This document shows, one piece after another, positions 1 to 9,393 of a stretch of 64,000 nt of DNA. Position 1 is the stretch's first letter. Each line of letters begins with the position of its first letter. A program made the translations under genes and the position numbers. This DNA is from Ignavibacteriota bacterium (GTDB lineage: Bacteria > Bacteroidota > Ignavibacteria > UBA10030 > UBA6906): the NCBI GenBank assembly GCA_963801355.1, contig CAWDEM010000008.1, positions 2,240,001-2,304,000 of the forward strand, given 5' to 3'. The notes under the pieces are model-generated. The model ran no database searches. It worked only from the letters and a program-made list of their open reading frames with translations, and was not told the DNA's origin.

Positions 1-650
1 CGTACCGGTACGATCTCCTGAATCATCTGCTCAGCGGAGGAATTGACGTATACTGGCGGCGCAGGGCCGTTGAGTCTCTGCGGGAAATCGCACCGCAGCG
101 GATCGTCGATGTGGCCACGGGCACCGCGGATTTTGCCATCGCCACCCTTCGCCTCCATCCCCGCGAAGTGATCGGCATCGATATCGCAGAACAGATGCTG
201 ACAATCGGCCGGGAGAAAATCGCACGCAAGGGCCTCCAATCTCTTGTCACACTGTACACCGGAGAAGCCGAACAGCTGGATCTGCCTGACGGCAGTATGG
301 ACGCCTCGATCGTCGCGTTCGGTGCCAGAAACTTCGAACATCTTGAGAAGGGTTTGGGAGAAATGCGCAGGGTTCTCCGGCCGGGCGGACGGATCGTCGT
401 TCTGGAGTTTTCCCGGCCCCGGCGATTTCCTTTCAGGCAGATCTACTTATTCTATTTCCAGAGAATCCTCCCTCTTGTGGGAAGGGTTATTTCCAGGAGC
501 AAGGATGCCTACACGTATCTTCCCGATACGGTGATGCGGTTCCCGGAGGGAGAGGCTTTTGTGGACATCCTGCGCACAGTGGGATTCCGGAACATACAGC
601 AAGAGCGACTCACCTTCGGCATTGCGACAATCTACACGGGAGACAAATGA
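1..650 (+). CDS. menG: Demethylmenaquinone methyltransferase (UbiE/MenG), 5' end outside window
   Basis: The frame is open from nt 3: YRYDLLNHLLSGGIDVYWRRRA. It has the SAM motif DVATGTAD, plus AFGARN, EMRRVLRPGG and YTYLPDTV. Confidence 0.93.
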   Translation, partial: YRYDLLNHLLSGGIDVYWRRRAVESLREIAPQRIVDVATGTADFAIATLRLHPREVIGIDIAEQMLTIGREKIARKGLQSLVTLYTGEAEQLDLPDGSMDASIVAFGARNFEHLEKGLGEMRRVLRPGGRIVVLEFSRPRRFPFRQIYLFYFQRILPLVGRVISRSKDAYTYLPDTVMRFPEGEAFVDILRTVGFRNIQQERLTFGIATIYTGDK

Positions 651-1489
651 CCACCTCGGAGAGAATCATTCGCGTCGGCCACAGTCCGGATCCCGATGAT
701 GCATTTATGTTCTACGGCCTCGCAAGCGGCAAAGTGAAACTCGAAGGAATCGTCGTCGAACACATGCTCGAAGACATCCAGTCGTTGAATGTGCGCGCCC
801 TCCGCGGGGAACTGCCGGTCACCGCCATTTCCGCGCACACGTTCGCCTATGTCGCCAGCACGTACTGGATCATGCGCACCGGCGCCAGCATGGGTGAGGG
901 ATATGGCCCGGTGATCATCTCCCGGAAACACACGTCGCTGGAAGACCTCCGCGGAAAGACCGTCGGCACACCGGGACCGCTGACCACGGCGACATTGTTG
1001 TTCAAGACATTCACGACCGGCATTAAAAACGTGGATATGCCCTTCGACGCGATTATGGACGCTGTGGACAACGGAACCGTTGACGCGGGCCTCCTGATTC
1101 ACGAAGGCCAGATTACCTACGCCTCACTCGGCTACAACAAGATTCTGGATTTTGGTGAGTTCTGGGAGAAAGAGACGGGCGGCCTGCCGTTGCCGCTGGG
1201 GCTGGATGTGGTGCGCAAGGATCTGGGCATTGACCTCGCCCGGCGCCTGTCGCTCGGACTGAAGGAGAGCATTGCCTACGGCTACAGTCACCAGGACGAA
1301 TCCATTCCTTACGCCATGCGGTGGGGACGCGGCATCAACCGGGAACTGGGCGCCAAATTTGTGAAGATGTACGTCAGCCAGCTCACGATTGACATGGGAG
1401 AAAACGGTCGAAGGGGACTGGAGGAGTTGTTTGCCCGGGCACATGCAAAGGGATTGATACCGCCGGTGCCGGAGATCAAACTGGTGTGA
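647..1489 (+). CDS. mqnD: 1,4-dihydroxy-6-naphthoate synthase (MqnD family)
   Basis: Motifs GHSPDPDDAFMFY, ASMGEGYGP, LLIHEGQ and LPLPLG; ATGA overlap with menG; futalosine context. Confidence 0.88.
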   Translation: MTTSERIIRVGHSPDPDDAFMFYGLASGKVKLEGIVVEHMLEDIQSLNVRALRGELPVTAISAHTFAYVASTYWIMRTGASMGEGYGPVIISRKHTSLEDLRGKTVGTPGPLTTATLLFKTFTTGIKNVDMPFDAIMDAVDNGTVDAGLLIHEGQITYASLGYNKILDFGEFWEKETGGLPLPLGLDVVRKDLGIDLARRLSLGLKESIAYGYSHQDESIPYAMRWGRGINRELGAKFVKMYVSQLTIDMGENGRRGLEELFARAHAKGLIPPVPEIKLV

Positions 1490-1494
1490 TACAC

Positions 1495-1510
1495 AGGGGT
1501 CAGATCCCCT
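1495..1510. repeat. Short palindrome (GGGGTCAGACCCC-type) between convergent mqnD and mqnC
   Basis: AGGGG-TCAGAT-CCCCT; related to the copies at 9334-9367 and 63473-63485. Confidence 0.5.
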
Positions 1511-2601
1511 TATGCCTCCACGGGGGCTTTGTGCACTGCGAGTATTTCGTAGAGCGTCGTCCGCTGCGCGGCGTCAAACCCCGATTCATGGATGAGACGG
1601 ATGCATTCCTCCGTGTTCGTGGTATTCACAAAGTTGGCCGCGGCGTGCACATTCTCTTCCTGGAGCGTCCCTCCAAAATCATCAGCCCCGAAATGCAGTG
1701 CAATCTGTCCCACCTTCTTTCCTTCCGAAAACCATGACGCCTGGATGTGGGGGAAGTTGTCAAGGTAGATGCGTGAAAGCGCGATCATCCGGAGGTACCG
1801 CGTCGACGTGGCGTACCTCGGGATGATCTTTTCCAGCGGCGTATTCCCCGGCTTGAAGCTCCAGGGGATGAACGCCGTGAAGCCACCGGATTCATCCTGA
1901 AGATCCCTGATCACCTCGAGATGCTCGATGATATCTTCGTCTGTTTCAAGATGTCCGTACATCATGGTCGCCGTGGTCTTGAATCCGATCGTGTGCGCCA
2001 GGCGCATCACGTGCAACCAGTCGGCGCTGGTTCCCTTCTTGCTGCTGATCTTCTTTTTCACCCGGTCCGACAGAATCTCCGCACCACCGCCGGGAATCGT
2101 ACGCATGCCTGCTTCCCACAGGCGCTGAAGCACACCGTGCACAGGAAGCCCCGACACTTCAGCCATCATGAGAATCTCGGAAGTCGAAAAGAAATGCGGT
2201 TGCACACCGGGCACTTCCTTCACCGTCCGCTTCACCAATTCCAGATAGTACTCAAAGGGAAGTTGCGGATTCACGCCGCCCTGCAACAGCACCGTTGTCA
2301 CGCCCCGCGAGGCGGCGTCTTTGAAATTGGCGATCATCTGATCGACACTGTGTGTGTACTCCCCTTCGTCCCCGGGATGCCTGTAGAAGGCACAGAAGAT
2401 GCAATCAATAGTGCAGATATTCGAGTAGTTCGGGTTCGTATCGATCACGAATGTCACGCGGGGTTCCGGATTCCGGAGGAAGCGGGCTTCATTCGCCAGC
2501 TCGGCCAGGTCCAGCAACTCCGCATCACACAACAGCCAGAGTCCTTCCTTCCGGCTGATGCGGCGGCCCTCGCGTACTTTCGTATGAATGGATGGAAGCA
2601 T
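1510..2601 (-). CDS. mqnC: Cyclic dehypoxanthinyl futalosine synthase (radical SAM)
   Basis: CTIDCIFC motif, LLQGGVNP, PGGGAEIL, TATMMYGH, GFTAFIPW and HIQASW. Confidence 0.9.
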   Translation of the reverse strand: MLPSIHTKVREGRRISRKEGLWLLCDAELLDLAELANEARFLRNPEPRVTFVIDTNPNYSNICTIDCIFCAFYRHPGDEGEYTHSVDQMIANFKDAASRGVTTVLLQGGVNPQLPFEYYLELVKRTVKEVPGVQPHFFSTSEILMMAEVSGLPVHGVLQRLWEAGMRTIPGGGAEILSDRVKKKISSKKGTSADWLHVMRLAHTIGFKTTATMMYGHLETDEDIIEHLEVIRDLQDESGGFTAFIPWSFKPGNTPLEKIIPRYATSTRYLRMIALSRIYLDNFPHIQASWFSEGKKVGQIALHFGADDFGGTLQEENVHAAANFVNTTNTEECIRLIHESGFDAAQRTTLYEILAVHKAPVEA

Positions 2602-2612
2602 GGAGACGACAG

Positions 2613-2655
2613 TCCGGGGTCTAGGATTCGGGGTTCAGAGTCCGGGCGTTCGGGC
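2613..2655. repeat. Degenerate 7-bp tandem repeat spanning the mqnE-A stop codon
   Basis: TCCGGGG TCTAGGA TTCGGGG TTCAGAG TCCGGGC g TTCGGGC. Confidence 0.5.
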
Positions 2656-4528
2656 TCAGTGCATCCGTGTTGCGCAGCCTGACGAGCTCGACGTGCTGGA
2701 ATTCCCGGAAGAGGCGGATCGCCTGCCACTCACGCTCTCCCAGCCGGTAGTTGAGTCCCGCGAGATATTCGTGCGTTTCGGCATCCGTGAGTCCGATCCG
2801 CCGCCCATACGCCCCGGCAATCGCGACGAAATCCCTTTCACCTGCATCCAGCGCCGCTTCGACCGCGGCTTTCAGCGTCGTCTTGCGATCGGCTGAGAGT
2901 CCGCGCTGCATTGCCCATACGGCGAACACAAACGGGAGCTTCTGCCAGTTGTACCATTCGGCTGCGAGATCAAAAACCAGTTCGTATCCCCGCAGGCCGT
3001 ACTTGTTTCGCACGATGGCCTCATCACCGATGAGCAGAACGGCGTCGTAGCCGCGGAGATCATTGACCCCGCCGTGCATCCTCTCGAACGTCGCGTGCAC
3101 ACCGTACCGCTTCTCCAGGAGAGTGCGCAGCAACTGCACGGAGGTTGCGGTGTCGTTAACGATCCCGATCCGCTTCCCTTCGAGATCACGCCACCCCTCG
3201 TTGGAAAAGAGCATGACGCTTTTTACCTGATCACGCGATGCGACGCAGAAACCGATCGGTTCAAGGCGATCTTCCTGGGAAAGATAATCCATAAGAGAGA
3301 AGAGCCCGGCATCCATCATGCCCTTTGCGCTCAGCATTCCCATCCGGCGCGGAACCACATGGAGGAACTTTGTGTCCGGAATGGTGAGGTGGGCGTAGAA
3401 CGGGATCGAATTGAGATAGGGGATCTTGCCCACAACATGCTCGGCATAGAGCGTCAACGGATTATAATAGACATCCCTCTCGACAGGAACTTTGCCGGCT
3501 TCGCGGATGATGCGGATGATCTGGTCCTTTTTCAACGCCATGGGGCTCACGGCGCCGGCATCGTGCGCGATTTTCTCCCCACCGACGGTGCCATCCATAT
3601 CGTCCGCACCGAAATTCAGCGCAACGGAGGCCACTTCCTCCGTGAGCATGACCCAGTACGCCTTGATATGGGGGATATTGTCGAGCATCAGGCGCGATAC
3701 GGCAATGGTGCGGAGGTCGTCGACAGCCGACGTGAACCTGTGCCGCGGTTTGATGCCCGTTTCGCCCGGCTGGAACGCCAGTGGAATGAACGTAAGAAAA
3801 CCGCCGGTATCATCCTGGGCCTCACGGAGTCTCATCATGTGCACCAGCCGCTCTTCGATCGTCTCGATATGGCCGTACAACATGGTGCTGTTCGTGGGAA
3901 TCCCCAGCCGGTGCGCCGTCTTGTGAATGGCCAGCCACGCATCCGCCCCGATCTTTTGTGGGAACAGTTCCCTGCGCACACGCTCGGAAAACACCTCGGC
4001 TCCGCCCCCGGGCATCGTCCGCATCCCCGCAGCGTTCAACTGCCGAAGGATGTCCTCGATCGGCATCCTGAACTTTCTGCTGAAGAAGTCGATCTCCACC
4101 GCCGTAAACGCCTTGACGTCGGCATCGGGAAGGTGACGGTGAATGGTCTCAACGATGTCCAGATACCGCTCCCAGGGCCAATCCGCGGGCATCCCTCCCG
4201 TAATGTGGACTTCCTTGATATCCGGCGACAGGCGTGCGAGAATCTCCGCGGACGTCATTTCATATGCGCGGGCATCGCCCTTCTTCGCCGCAAAATCGCA
4301 GAATTTACACGACAGGACACAGACGTTCGTGTGTTCAATTTTCTGGTTGAGCACGAAGTAGACCGCATCGCCGCTTCTGGACTTCTGCACCGCATGCGCC
4401 ATCTTGCCGAGCGAGATGATGTCGGGCGTGCGGTACAGCACCAATCCATCCTCCGGCGACAGCCGTGTCCCACGCTGTATCTTCTCCCAGATGGGGAGCA
4501 GTGTACTATCTCGGAATGCAATCGTCAT
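2621..4528 (-). CDS. mqnE: Aminofutalosine synthase MqnE fused to chorismate dehydratase MqnA
   Basis: The N-terminal part has CVLSCKFC, KAFTAVEI, PGGGAEVF, HIKAYWVM and FGADDMDGT (MqnE). The C-terminal part has VGKIPYLNSIP, TSVQLL, LLIGDEA and LPFVFAVW (MqnA). Start set at ATG 4528 to avoid overlap with the upstream gene. Confidence 0.88.
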   Translation of the reverse strand: MTIAFRDSTLLPIWEKIQRGTRLSPEDGLVLYRTPDIISLGKMAHAVQKSRSGDAVYFVLNQKIEHTNVCVLSCKFCDFAAKKGDARAYEMTSAEILARLSPDIKEVHITGGMPADWPWERYLDIVETIHRHLPDADVKAFTAVEIDFFSRKFRMPIEDILRQLNAAGMRTMPGGGAEVFSERVRRELFPQKIGADAWLAIHKTAHRLGIPTNSTMLYGHIETIEERLVHMMRLREAQDDTGGFLTFIPLAFQPGETGIKPRHRFTSAVDDLRTIAVSRLMLDNIPHIKAYWVMLTEEVASVALNFGADDMDGTVGGEKIAHDAGAVSPMALKKDQIIRIIREAGKVPVERDVYYNPLTLYAEHVVGKIPYLNSIPFYAHLTIPDTKFLHVVPRRMGMLSAKGMMDAGLFSLMDYLSQEDRLEPIGFCVASRDQVKSVMLFSNEGWRDLEGKRIGIVNDTATSVQLLRTLLEKRYGVHATFERMHGGVNDLRGYDAVLLIGDEAIVRNKYGLRGYELVFDLAAEWYNWQKLPFVFAVWAMQRGLSADRKTTLKAAVEAALDAGERDFVAIAGAYGRRIGLTDAETHEYLAGLNYRLGEREWQAIRLFREFQHVELVRLRNTDALSPNARTLNPES

Positions 4529-4565
4529 AGCTCGGTCTGCCTGATGGAACATCGGAAACGGAACG

Positions 4566-6353
4566 TTAGTGCCAGATCTTCCCCCACAGCGAGTCAACCC
4601 GGTGCAAAACTTCTTCGGTCATCTCCAGCCGTTTGGGGTATCCCGGTTTCCAGGTCGCGTCGATCCCCAGTACTCCCCTATAGACGGGCGAGATGCCCAA
4701 CAATTCCTGGTGTGTGAAGAGTACGTCACGTTCAGCGTCAAAACGGGTAAACAACCCCCAGAGAGAGTTTTCCCGGTCGTAGATGTCCACGTCCTCGCTG
4801 ACTGCGGCCACGATGGCGATGTGGGCGAGCGCCGGATGGGCAACGAGCACACGGACAACATCCCTCCCCTGCCCGCGCACCTTCACCAGCAACAGCGCCT
4901 CATCAACGAGGTTGACATCGGCGATCGCCGGGTGTGCGGCCCGTGCCGCATCAACTGCCGGAGGGCCGGAGAGTGGTTTCCACCGGGCCATCGGCGGGCG
5001 CGGCGACAGCTTCCGTGTGGCATCGAGAATCATCTTGCTCCCGAGATTCATCGTTGCGCTGGTGAAGTCAAGGGTATCGAGCGGCACACGGGGTATCATC
5101 AGAAAATCGAAATGCGGATCGAAATGATCGCGCACTTCCTTCAGCACTTCGCTGAAATCGCGGACGTTCACCCCTGCACTTACCAGCACCATGCACTTTG
5201 TCAGGGAAAGCTGTGCCATTCCCAGAAGCCCGAGTGCGGTCTTCATGGCTTCCTTGCCGTACCGTTGATCCACGGACACGACGAGAAGATTGTGGAATCC
5301 CGCCTCGTAATACGCCCAGAGGGAGGAGAGCTCCGCATGCAGCACCCGGGCAAGCGGACCGAGTATCAACTGGGTGGCGTCCCCGAGAAACTTGTCCTCC
5401 ATCGGCGGAATGCCCACCACCGTCGCCGGATAGACGGGATTCCGTTTCCGGGTGACCGCTGATACATGAAAGACCGGGAATTCGGCAGCATGGGAGTAAT
5501 GCCCGAAGTGGTCACCAAACGGGCCCTCCATGCGCCGTTCTCCCGGGCGGACCACGCCCTCGAGTATGAATTCGGCATGTGCGGGAACATCGATGCTGAT
5601 CGAGCGCCCCCGTGTGAATTCCGTCCGTCGCCCGCGCAGGAATCCGGCAAACATCGCCTCGTCGATATTCTCCGGCAGGGGCGCCACAGTGGCCAGCAAA
5701 AACGCAGGATCGGTACCCAGGGCCACAGCCAGCTCCAGCGGTTTTCCCATCTTTTCCGCCTGTACAAAATGGAACCCGCCGCCCTTCTGAATCTGCCAGT
5801 GCATGCCGGTGGTTGCCTTATCAAAGACGTGCATGCGGTACATACCAACGTTGCGTTTGCCCGTCCGCGGATCATAGGTGACAACCTGCGGCAATGTCAC
5901 GAACCGCCCGCCGTCTTCGGGCCAGCAGGTCAGCACGGGTAGCAGGTCAAGATCGGGTGATTCAACCACCTGCTGGGCAAGCCCGGCCCGGATGCGCCGG
6001 ACCGGCGCGGCGAGGAACCGCCGCGCAAAGCGCCGGTGCGCCACAAGCGTCCCGGGTTTCGGGGGAAGCATCTCCTCAATGAAACGGATCAACTCCAGTC
6101 CGAGCTGTTCGGGATGCTTCTGCAAAGCAAGTTCGCACCGATGTTCGCTTGCGAGCGTGTTAATAAGGACGGGATAGGGCGAACCTTTCACCCGCTCGAA
6201 CAGCAACGCGGGCCTGCGTTCTTTGATCGCACGCTGCGCGATCGCCGTCATCTCAAGGACCGGATCGACTTCGAACGCCACGCGTTGCAGTTCGCCTACA
6301 CTCTCCAGGTACCCGGCAAAATCCCCTATGGTTTCGAATGCCGCGGGTTTCAC
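4566..6353 (-). CDS. UbiD-family decarboxylase (menaquinone biosynthesis, MqnL-like)
   Basis: WPEDGGRFVT, RNVGMYRM, EGPFGDHFGHY, GIPPMED and DTLD...GSKMILDAT; adjacent to ubiX. Confidence 0.88.
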   Translation of the reverse strand: MKPAAFETIGDFAGYLESVGELQRVAFEVDPVLEMTAIAQRAIKERRPALLFERVKGSPYPVLINTLASEHRCELALQKHPEQLGLELIRFIEEMLPPKPGTLVAHRRFARRFLAAPVRRIRAGLAQQVVESPDLDLLPVLTCWPEDGGRFVTLPQVVTYDPRTGKRNVGMYRMHVFDKATTGMHWQIQKGGGFHFVQAEKMGKPLELAVALGTDPAFLLATVAPLPENIDEAMFAGFLRGRRTEFTRGRSISIDVPAHAEFILEGVVRPGERRMEGPFGDHFGHYSHAAEFPVFHVSAVTRKRNPVYPATVVGIPPMEDKFLGDATQLILGPLARVLHAELSSLWAYYEAGFHNLLVVSVDQRYGKEAMKTALGLLGMAQLSLTKCMVLVSAGVNVRDFSEVLKEVRDHFDPHFDFLMIPRVPLDTLDFTSATMNLGSKMILDATRKLSPRPPMARWKPLSGPPAVDAARAAHPAIADVNLVDEALLLVKVRGQGRDVVRVLVAHPALAHIAIVAAVSEDVDIYDRENSLWGLFTRFDAERDVLFTHQELLGISPVYRGVLGIDATWKPGYPKRLEMTEEVLHRVDSLWGKIWH

Positions 6354-6901
6354 TCAAACTCCTTCGCACGCCAGCCGGGGGATGTGTGCACACCAATCTG
6401 ATCGAGCACTTTGTTCGTGAACGCGCCGACATAGTCGTCCACGGATTTCGGGAGGTGATACATCGGGGGAGAAATCGGCATGATGACCGCACCATAGCCG
6501 GAAAGCCGCGCACACTGCTCCAGTGCAAGCGTCGACATCGGCGTCTCGCGGACGCAGACGACGAGTGTGATCCTTTCTTTCAGACACACCTGCGCGGTGC
6601 GTGTGATCAGTGTATCGCCCAAGCCGGAAGCGATTTTTCCGATCGTCGATGTGGACGCGGGAATGATCACGAATGCATCAAACGGATTCGACCCGGAAGC
6701 GGGAGGGGCGGTCAGGTCATCATCGGCGAAGGAACGGCGGATGTAGGGCGCCAGATCTTTCTCCCCCATCTGCAGTTCATCGCGCAACAGGACTTTCCCC
6801 CATTTCGACACGATGAGGAATTTGTCACCGGTGCACTTCCTGAGAAAATCCAGTGCGTACACCGCACCGGAGGAGCCTGTGATCCCGACGATGCATTTCA
6901 T
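6350..6901 (-). CDS. ubiX: Flavin prenyltransferase UbiX
   Basis: VGITGSSGA, ASGS, LKER and RETP motifs. Confidence 0.92.
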   Translation of the reverse strand: MKCIVGITGSSGAVYALDFLRKCTGDKFLIVSKWGKVLLRDELQMGEKDLAPYIRRSFADDDLTAPPASGSNPFDAFVIIPASTSTIGKIASGLGDTLITRTAQVCLKERITLVVCVRETPMSTLALEQCARLSGYGAVIMPISPPMYHLPKSVDDYVGAFTNKVLDQIGVHTSPGWRAKEFE

Positions 6902-7731
6902 AGCCAGACCCCCACACCAACCATTGCCAGCACGGAAAGACCCGCCACCGCATTGATCTTGAAGAACGCCAGCTCCACATCGTCCGCTTTCTTCTGTTCG
7001 ATGTACAGCAGGAAGCCCGTCAGGAGCAGGAGCGGAAGCGCCAGCAGGGAAAGCACCGACTGGAAGAAGAGCATCACGAGAACAACAAATGCCGCGAGGT
7101 GCAGGTACGCGGAATACCGGAGTGCCCGCTTCCGGCCGAAGCGCGAGGGGAAGGAATAGAGCGACTCCTTGCGGTCGAACTCTTCGTCGAGGGTGGAATA
7201 GATGATGTCGAAACCCGCCACCCAGAGGAGCGTGAATAACGAGAGGAGCGCGGGAGCAAGCAGTCGGTCGAACGACGGCGACAACGCGAACCAGCCGCCC
7301 AGGGGCCCCATCGCCAGACCCATCCCGACGCCGAAGTGGGCGAGCGGTGTGTAGCGCTTCATTGTGGGATAGACGACGAAGACAGCGAGCGGAATCGGGG
7401 ACATCATCAGGCAGAACGGATCGATGAGGTAGGCGGCACCGAAATAGAGGGTGGCTCCTGCCGCCAGCACGCCGACGGCTTCCTGCAGCATCATCCGGCC
7501 GCTCGGGAGGTCGCGTGCAGCTGTCCGCGGGTTGCGCGCATCGATGTGCCGGTCAATGATCCGGTTCAAAGCAAACGCCACCGTACGTGCGCCGGTTGCC
7601 GCGGCGAGCACCAGCACGACGATCCCGATGCCGGGGATCTCTCCGGACGACGCGAGAAGCATGCCGGAGAATATCAACGGAAGAGAAAAAAGGGTGTGTT
7701 CAATCTTGACAAACGAGAAGTACTTACGCAC
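6898..7731 (-). CDS. UbiA-family prenyltransferase (MqnP-like)
   Basis: VKIEHTLFSLP, NRIIDRHIDARNPRT and WVAGFDIIY; hydrophobic. GTG 7731 is preceded by GGGAG (ORF track start 7743). Confidence 0.85.
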   Translation of the reverse strand: MRKYFSFVKIEHTLFSLPLIFSGMLLASSGEIPGIGIVVLVLAAATGARTVAFALNRIIDRHIDARNPRTAARDLPSGRMMLQEAVGVLAAGATLYFGAAYLIDPFCLMMSPIPLAVFVVYPTMKRYTPLAHFGVGMGLAMGPLGGWFALSPSFDRLLAPALLSLFTLLWVAGFDIIYSTLDEEFDRKESLYSFPSRFGRKRALRYSAYLHLAAFVVLVMLFFQSVLSLLALPLLLLTGFLLYIEQKKADDVELAFFKINAVAGLSVLAMVGVGVWL

Positions 7732-7733
7732 GA

Positions 7734-9287
7734 CTACTCCCACTCGATCGTCGCTGGTGGTTTGGAGCTGATGTCGTAGACAACCCGGTTGATGCCCCGC
7801 ACCTCATTCGTGATGCGCGAAGAAATCGCCGCAAGAACATCGTGCGGGAGGCGCGACCAATCCGCCGTCATGCCATCCACGCTGCTCACCGCACGGATGG
7901 CGACGGCGTTCTCGTACGTGCGACCGTCACCCATGACGCCCACGGATTTCACCGGGAGGAGAACCACGAATCCCTGCCAGATAGTCCGGTACAGGCCCGC
8001 CTTCTTGACTTCCTCGATGAAAATGGCCTCCGCTGCGCGCAGGAGCTCGAGCCGTTCACGCGTGACGCTCCCCAGAATGCGTACCGCAAGTCCCGGCCCG
8101 GGGAAGGGATGCCGCCAGATCAATTCCTCCGGCAAACCCAATGCCGTGCCGACCTCCCGCACTTCGTCTTTGAACAGTTCGCGGAAGGGCTCGACCAGCT
8201 TCATCCGCATCCGCCTGGGAAGCCCGCCGACATTGTGATGCGACTTGATCGTGACGGATGGTCCGCGGAAGGACGTGGATTCAATCACATCGGGATACAG
8301 GGTTCCCTGCGCGAGAAACTGCACGTTGCCGATGCTCCGCGCCTTCTGCTCGAAGACGTCGATGAAGAGTTTGCCGATGATCTTGCGCTTCCGTTCGGGA
8401 CTCGTCACACCGCGGAGGCCCGTAAGAAAGCGCTTCGTGGCATCAACGTAGTCAAGACGCATCCGGAACGTGTCGCGAAATGTCGCAACCACCGCTTCCG
8501 ATTCCCCCTGCCGCATCAACCCGTTGTTGATGTGGATGCAGAAGAGCTGGTCACCAACCGCTTTGTGCAACAGCACCGCTGCAACGGAAGAATCCACTCC
8601 ACCGCTCAAGGCACAGATGACTTTCCCTTTCCCGACCGTCGCACGGATATCCTCAATCGCAGAGTTGATGAACGAAGCGGAGCTCCAACCGCCGCGACAA
8701 CCGCAAATGCGATAGAGGAAGTTCTTCAGCACATCCCTGCCCCCCGGCGTATGGACAACTTCGGGGTGAAACTGGACGCCATAAATCTTCTTTGCAGCAT
8801 TCCTGATTGCGCAGATCGGCGCGTTGACGGTGTGCCCGATAGCTTCGAACCCCGCGGGCATGGATATCAGATGGTCCCCGTGACTCATCCATACCGGCAT
8901 GCCCCGGCGGTCCTCCTGAGAGAACCCCGAGAAGAGATCGGAAGAATCGTCGATTACGAACCTCGCCTGGCCGTATTCACGCCGCGCGGCCTTGTCCACC
9001 GCACCACCCAGCTGACGGCCCATGAGCTGCAGGCCGTAACAGATACCGAGAATCGGTATCCCCATCTCGAAAAGCCCGGGCGAAGATATCGGGGCACCCT
9101 TTTCATAGGTGCTATGCGGGCTTCCGGAAAGAATGATGCCTTTGGGCCGAAGCTGCTTGATCCTTTCCGGTGGTGTATTGAAAGGGTGCAGTTCGGAGTA
9201 GACGCCGAGCTCCCTGACGCGACGGGCGATCAATTGCGAATACTGGGAGCCGTAATCAAGGATGAGTACAAGCTCTGGGTGGGTCAT
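7734..9287 (-). CDS. guaA: GMP synthase (glutamine-hydrolysing)
   Basis: [35 protein letters not shown] and KPPATIEWE. Confidence 0.98.
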   Translation of the reverse strand: MTHPELVLILDYGSQYSQLIARRVRELGVYSELHPFNTPPERIKQLRPKGIILSGSPHSTYEKGAPISSPGLFEMGIPILGICYGLQLMGRQLGGAVDKAARREYGQARFVIDDSSDLFSGFSQEDRRGMPVWMSHGDHLISMPAGFEAIGHTVNAPICAIRNAAKKIYGVQFHPEVVHTPGGRDVLKNFLYRICGCRGGWSSASFINSAIEDIRATVGKGKVICALSGGVDSSVAAVLLHKAVGDQLFCIHINNGLMRQGESEAVVATFRDTFRMRLDYVDATKRFLTGLRGVTSPERKRKIIGKLFIDVFEQKARSIGNVQFLAQGTLYPDVIESTSFRGPSVTIKSHHNVGGLPRRMRMKLVEPFRELFKDEVREVGTALGLPEELIWRHPFPGPGLAVRILGSVTRERLELLRAAEAIFIEEVKKAGLYRTIWQGFVVLLPVKSVGVMGDGRTYENAVAIRAVSSVDGMTADWSRLPHDVLAAISSRITNEVRGINRVVYDISSKPPATIEWE

Positions 9288-9292
9288 GCAAA

Positions 9293-9321
9293 AATATAAC
9301 GATTTTGGCAGTGGAGAACAA
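9293..9321 (-). promoter_or_regulatory. Sigma70-like promoter for the guaA-mqn operon
   Basis: Minus strand TTGTTC-17 nt-TATATT, then 5 nt to the guaA ATG. Confidence 0.55.
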
Positions 9322-9333
9322 CGTGCGGAATAT

Positions 9334-9367
9334 GGGGTCAGACCCCCGACAGTAGGAGTCTGACCCC
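9334..9367. repeat. Inverted pair of 13-bp REP-like palindromes (stem-loop) downstream of the arcE-like gene
   Basis: GGGGTCAGACCCC (9334-9346) and GGAGTCTGACCCC (9355-9367) are 12/13 complementary. Confidence 0.65.
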
Positions 9368-9393
9368 TTTCCTTCTACTTCTCCTCTTTCCTT

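Noticed and set aside
3074-4717. Long antisense ORFs (547 aa here; also 7842-9299, 12963-14552, 21719-23128, 23672-24853, 28694-29755)
   Set aside because: Each lies opposite a well-supported gene and has no recognisable motifs. Such shadow ORFs are expected with GC-rich codon bias.
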